Assembly (NCBI GenBank): GCA_052279835.1
Contig: CP181291.1
Location: 3,520,001-3,584,000, forward strand
Direction of reading: 5' to 3'
DNA: 64,000 nt
Source of the DNA: Microcoleus sp.
GTDB taxonomy: Bacteria > Cyanobacteriota > Cyanobacteriia > Cyanobacteriales > Microcoleaceae
A program made the position numbers and the translations under genes. Positions 61,003-64,000 of the stretch are shown in pieces. The stretch's first letter is position 1. Every line of letters starts with the position of its first letter. A model generated the notes under the pieces. It made no database searches. It had not been told where the DNA came from and was given only the letters and a program-made list of their open reading frames with translations.

Positions 61003-61608
61003 ATGATTCAAACTATATCTAAGTTAATAACTTTCGATGAGTTTCTGGAATGGAAACCAGAAAACGAACGCTATGAACTACATAACGGAGTCCTTTTTGA
61101 AATGCAAACCACAGGACAACATGAAGAAGTTGTTGATTTCTTGCAAACAGAACTAATATTAGAAACTCGGAGACTGCAACTTCCCTATCGCTTCCCCAAG
61201 AATGCCCTGGTTAAATCTCCCAATCAAGAAACTGGTTATTTACCTGATATTTTAGTAGTTAACCGTGATGCTTTAGCCCTAGAACCTTTATGGGCAAAAT
61301 CCTCCACAATTACTCAAGGCTCGTCCATTACTCTGGCGATTGAAGTTGTCAGCACAAATTGGCGCGATGATTATGCACATAAAATGATAGATTATGAAGC
61401 ATTAGGCATTCCTGAATACTGGATTGTTGATTATTTTGGTTTGGGAGGTAGGCGTTATATTGGTTCTCCTAAACAGCCTACTTTATCTGTTTGTCAATTA
61501 GTAGATGGTGAGTATCAGGTTAGGTTGTTTCGGGGAGATGCAAGGGTTGAATCGGTGGTATTTCCTGAGTTGGATTTGACAGCGGAGCAAATTTTTAATG
61601 GTGCGTAA
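61003..61608 (+). CDS. Uma2 family endonuclease
   Basis: YELHNG, YLPD, IEVVSTNWRDDY..K, GIPEYWIVD. Confidence 0.92.
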   Translation: MIQTISKLITFDEFLEWKPENERYELHNGVLFEMQTTGQHEEVVDFLQTELILETRRLQLPYRFPKNALVKSPNQETGYLPDILVVNRDALALEPLWAKSSTITQGSSITLAIEVVSTNWRDDYAHKMIDYEALGIPEYWIVDYFGLGGRRYIGSPKQPTLSVCQLVDGEYQVRLFRGDARVESVVFPELDLTAEQIFNGA

Positions 61609-61829
61609 GTCTTGAGAGTCTATAAGCAGTATAAGGAAATTATATGAACAACGTTGAAGAATAACTGACATTAAAAGTCCGATCGCGCCCAACAACAACA
61701 GTATCGATCGAAATCCCAACAGATACCTTAGAATCCCTAAACAAAGTAGCACTGAATCGAGATATGCCTCTGTCAGTTGTGCTCAAATTTTACATTGGGC
61801 AAGGTTTGCGGCAAGATTTAACAAAATTT

Positions 61830-61925
61830 AGGACTTACGCAAAAAACCCGGTTTCTGAGCAAAATCGTGCATCTTTGTGACAGATATTGATATAGAAACC
61901 GGGTTTTTGACCCCTCGCGCGTCCA
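61830..61925 (+). mobile_element. family A element variant
   Basis: AGGACTTACGCA AAAAACCCGGTTTCT...AGAAACCGGGTTTTT. Confidence 0.7.
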
Positions 61926-62033
61926 AAACTGAAAATTATTTAGCGATCGCCTCCTGGAAGCAACAGCCCAAGTTTTAGCACGACATTTACATTCAGAAGA
62001 AGAAGTCTCAACCATTCTTCGAGAAACTCAATC

Positions 62034-62142
62034 AGGAGTTACGCACTCCGACAAAGAAACCGGGTTTTTTGCCTAATCTGTCGGTTACAACGAAGTATTT
62101 CCGTAAAAAAACCCGGTTTCTGCGGCCCCCATGCGTAACCCC
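62034..62142 (+). mobile_element. family A element
   Basis: Closely similar to 9060-9164. Confidence 0.8.
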
Positions 62143-62255
62143 ACCCAAATCAAAATCTGGCAGTACACTAAAAATCTTTAAAATTTGTTAAGATTAACAC
62201 GACCTCAGCGCCGGCATCCCATCCGCCGCTAAACCCCTTCCCCAGCCCCACAACA

Positions 62256-63956
62256 ATGCTGCGACTCGAACACATCAGTAAAATTTATCCCACAGGCGTC
62301 GTACTCAAAGATGTCACCTGGGAAGTCAAACCAGGCGATCGCATCGGCTTAGTAGGCGTCAACGGTGCCGGCAAATCCACCCAACTCAAAATCATCGCCG
62401 GTGAAATGGAACCCACATCAGGCGAAGTCATTCGCCCCGCCAGCCTCCACATCGCCTACCTGTCTCAAGAATTTGAAGTAGATCCGACACGCACCGTCAA
62501 AGAAGAATTTTGGCGCGCCTTCAGCGAAGCCAACGAAATACACGAGTCCCTGATGCAAGTCCACCGAGACTTGGAAAACTCCACCCCTGAAAATCTCGAC
62601 GAACTGATCCACAAAATGGATCGCTTGCAAAGAAAATTTGAAGGCTTAAACGGCTACGGTTTAGAAGCCCAAATCGAGAAAATTTTACCAGAAATCGGAT
62701 TTGAAGCAGAAGATGGCGATCGGCTAGTTAGTGCCTTTAGCGGCGGCTGGCAAATGCGGATGAGTTTGGGCAAAATTCTCCTCCAAAAACCCGACATCCT
62801 GCTGTTAGACGAACCTACCAACCACCTCGACTTAGAAACCATCGAATGGTTAGAAGTCTACCTGAAAGGGTTAACAACCCCCATGGTAATCGTATCCCAT
62901 GACCGAGAATTTCTCGATCGCCTCTGCACCCAAATCGTCGAAACCGAACGCGGAGTTTCCAGCACTTACCTCGGCAACTATTCCTCATACTTACTGCAAA
63001 AAGCCGAAGCCAGAGAAGCCCAACTCAGCGCCTACGAAAGCCAACAAAAAGAACTAGAAAAACAACAAGCATTCGTTGAAAAATTCCGCGCCAGCGCCAC
63101 TCGCAGCACCCAAGCGAAAAGTCGCGAAAAACAACTAGATAAAATCGAACGCATCGAAGCCCCCACCGGCGGCTTAAAAACTTTACATTTCCGCTTTCCC
63201 CCTGCACCCCGCAGTGGCCGCGAAGTAGTAATAATTGAAGACTTGGTGCACAGCTACGGCGACAAAATCCTATTTTTGGGCGCAGACTTATTAGTTGAAA
63301 GAGGCGATCGCATCGCCTTCCTCGGCCCCAACGGCGCAGGCAAATCCACCCTGTTAAAAATGATTATGGGTTCAGAAACTCCGACAGAAGGCACTGTTAA
63401 ATTCGGAGGCCATAACGTCATCCCCGGTTACTTTGAACAGAATCAAGCCGAAGCTTTAGATCTAAATAAAAGCGTGATGGCAACCATTCATGACGAAGTA
63501 CCAGACTGGAAAAACGAAGAAGTTCGGACTTTGTTGGGTCGTTTTCTGTTCACCGGCGAAACAGTATACAAACAAGTTGGCGCTTTGAGTGGTGGAGAAA
63601 AAGCCCGTCTAGCTTTGGCCAAGATGCTGTTGACTCCCGTGAATTTGCTGATTTTGGACGAACCGACAAATCACCTCGACATTCCGGCCAAAGAGATGAT
63701 GGAAGAAGCCATCAAGAATTATGACGGGACTGTAATGATCGTTTCTCACGATCGCTATTTCATCTCCCAAGTCGCCAACAAAATAGTCGAAATTCGGGAT
63801 GGGGAGTTTCGCCCTTATCTCGGAGATTACCACTACTATCTCGATAAAATTGCTGAAGAAAAAGAGCTAGCAAAAATAGCAAAACTAGAAGCTGAAAAAG
63901 CTGCTAAAAAAGCGGAAAAAGAAGCCAAGAAAAAAGCGACTGCTAAGCAGAAATAA
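62256..63956 (+). CDS. ABC-F family ATP-binding protein
   Basis: Two NBDs (GVNGAGKS/FSGGW, GPNGAGKS/LSGGE), DEPTNHLD twice, no TM. Confidence 0.95.
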   Translation: MLRLEHISKIYPTGVVLKDVTWEVKPGDRIGLVGVNGAGKSTQLKIIAGEMEPTSGEVIRPASLHIAYLSQEFEVDPTRTVKEEFWRAFSEANEIHESLMQVHRDLENSTPENLDELIHKMDRLQRKFEGLNGYGLEAQIEKILPEIGFEAEDGDRLVSAFSGGWQMRMSLGKILLQKPDILLLDEPTNHLDLETIEWLEVYLKGLTTPMVIVSHDREFLDRLCTQIVETERGVSSTYLGNYSSYLLQKAEAREAQLSAYESQQKELEKQQAFVEKFRASATRSTQAKSREKQLDKIERIEAPTGGLKTLHFRFPPAPRSGREVVIIEDLVHSYGDKILFLGADLLVERGDRIAFLGPNGAGKSTLLKMIMGSETPTEGTVKFGGHNVIPGYFEQNQAEALDLNKSVMATIHDEVPDWKNEEVRTLLGRFLFTGETVYKQVGALSGGEKARLALAKMLLTPVNLLILDEPTNHLDIPAKEMMEEAIKNYDGTVMIVSHDRYFISQVANKIVEIRDGEFRPYLGDYHYYLDKIAEEKELAKIAKLEAEKAAKKAEKEAKKKATAKQK

Positions 63957-64000
63957 AGTCTCAATAACCAAGCCGAAGTCAGGGACACGGCGCAGAAACC

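Noticed and set aside
1..64000. tRNA, rRNA, prophage or intact transposase
   Set aside because: None recognised by eye; tRNAscan-SE and Rfam scans would be needed to exclude small RNAs.

Overview
A 64-kb chromosomal window from a filamentous cyanobacterium, probably Oscillatoriales (Microcoleus-like). This assignment is inferred from dense GCGATCGC/HIP1 sites, heptamer tandem repeats, and Vipp1, FtsH4-like, Uma2 and XisH/XisI genes. A housekeeping backbone (htpX, ftsH, DnaJ-class chaperone, glgC, GH13, hisC, ppgK, ECF sigma operon, gor, tadA, menB, pspA/vipp1, gmhB, marR-emrA, ABC-F) is interrupted by four accessory hotspots at about 4.2-10.1, 18.2-20.0, 32.9-37.7 and 52.4-62.2 kb. The hotspots hold toxin-antitoxin pairs and stubs, NLR-like STAND proteins, five Uma2 nucleases and many small palindromic elements. 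Three patterns stand out. (1) Proteins sharing an N-terminal winged-helix domain sit head-to-head with clusters of small unknown genes, across promoters carrying phased 4x10-bp repeats; one such promoter is duplicated in front of a second cargo set. (2) One ~100-bp nested-palindrome element family is found almost only beside or around Uma2 genes. (3) A duplicated xisI-xisH-uma2-hicB module has breakpoints on GATC/HIP1-like sites and has captured a probable orphan immunity gene. No rRNA, tRNA, CRISPR array or intact transposase was seen. All family assignments are motif recognition by eye; no database search was run.
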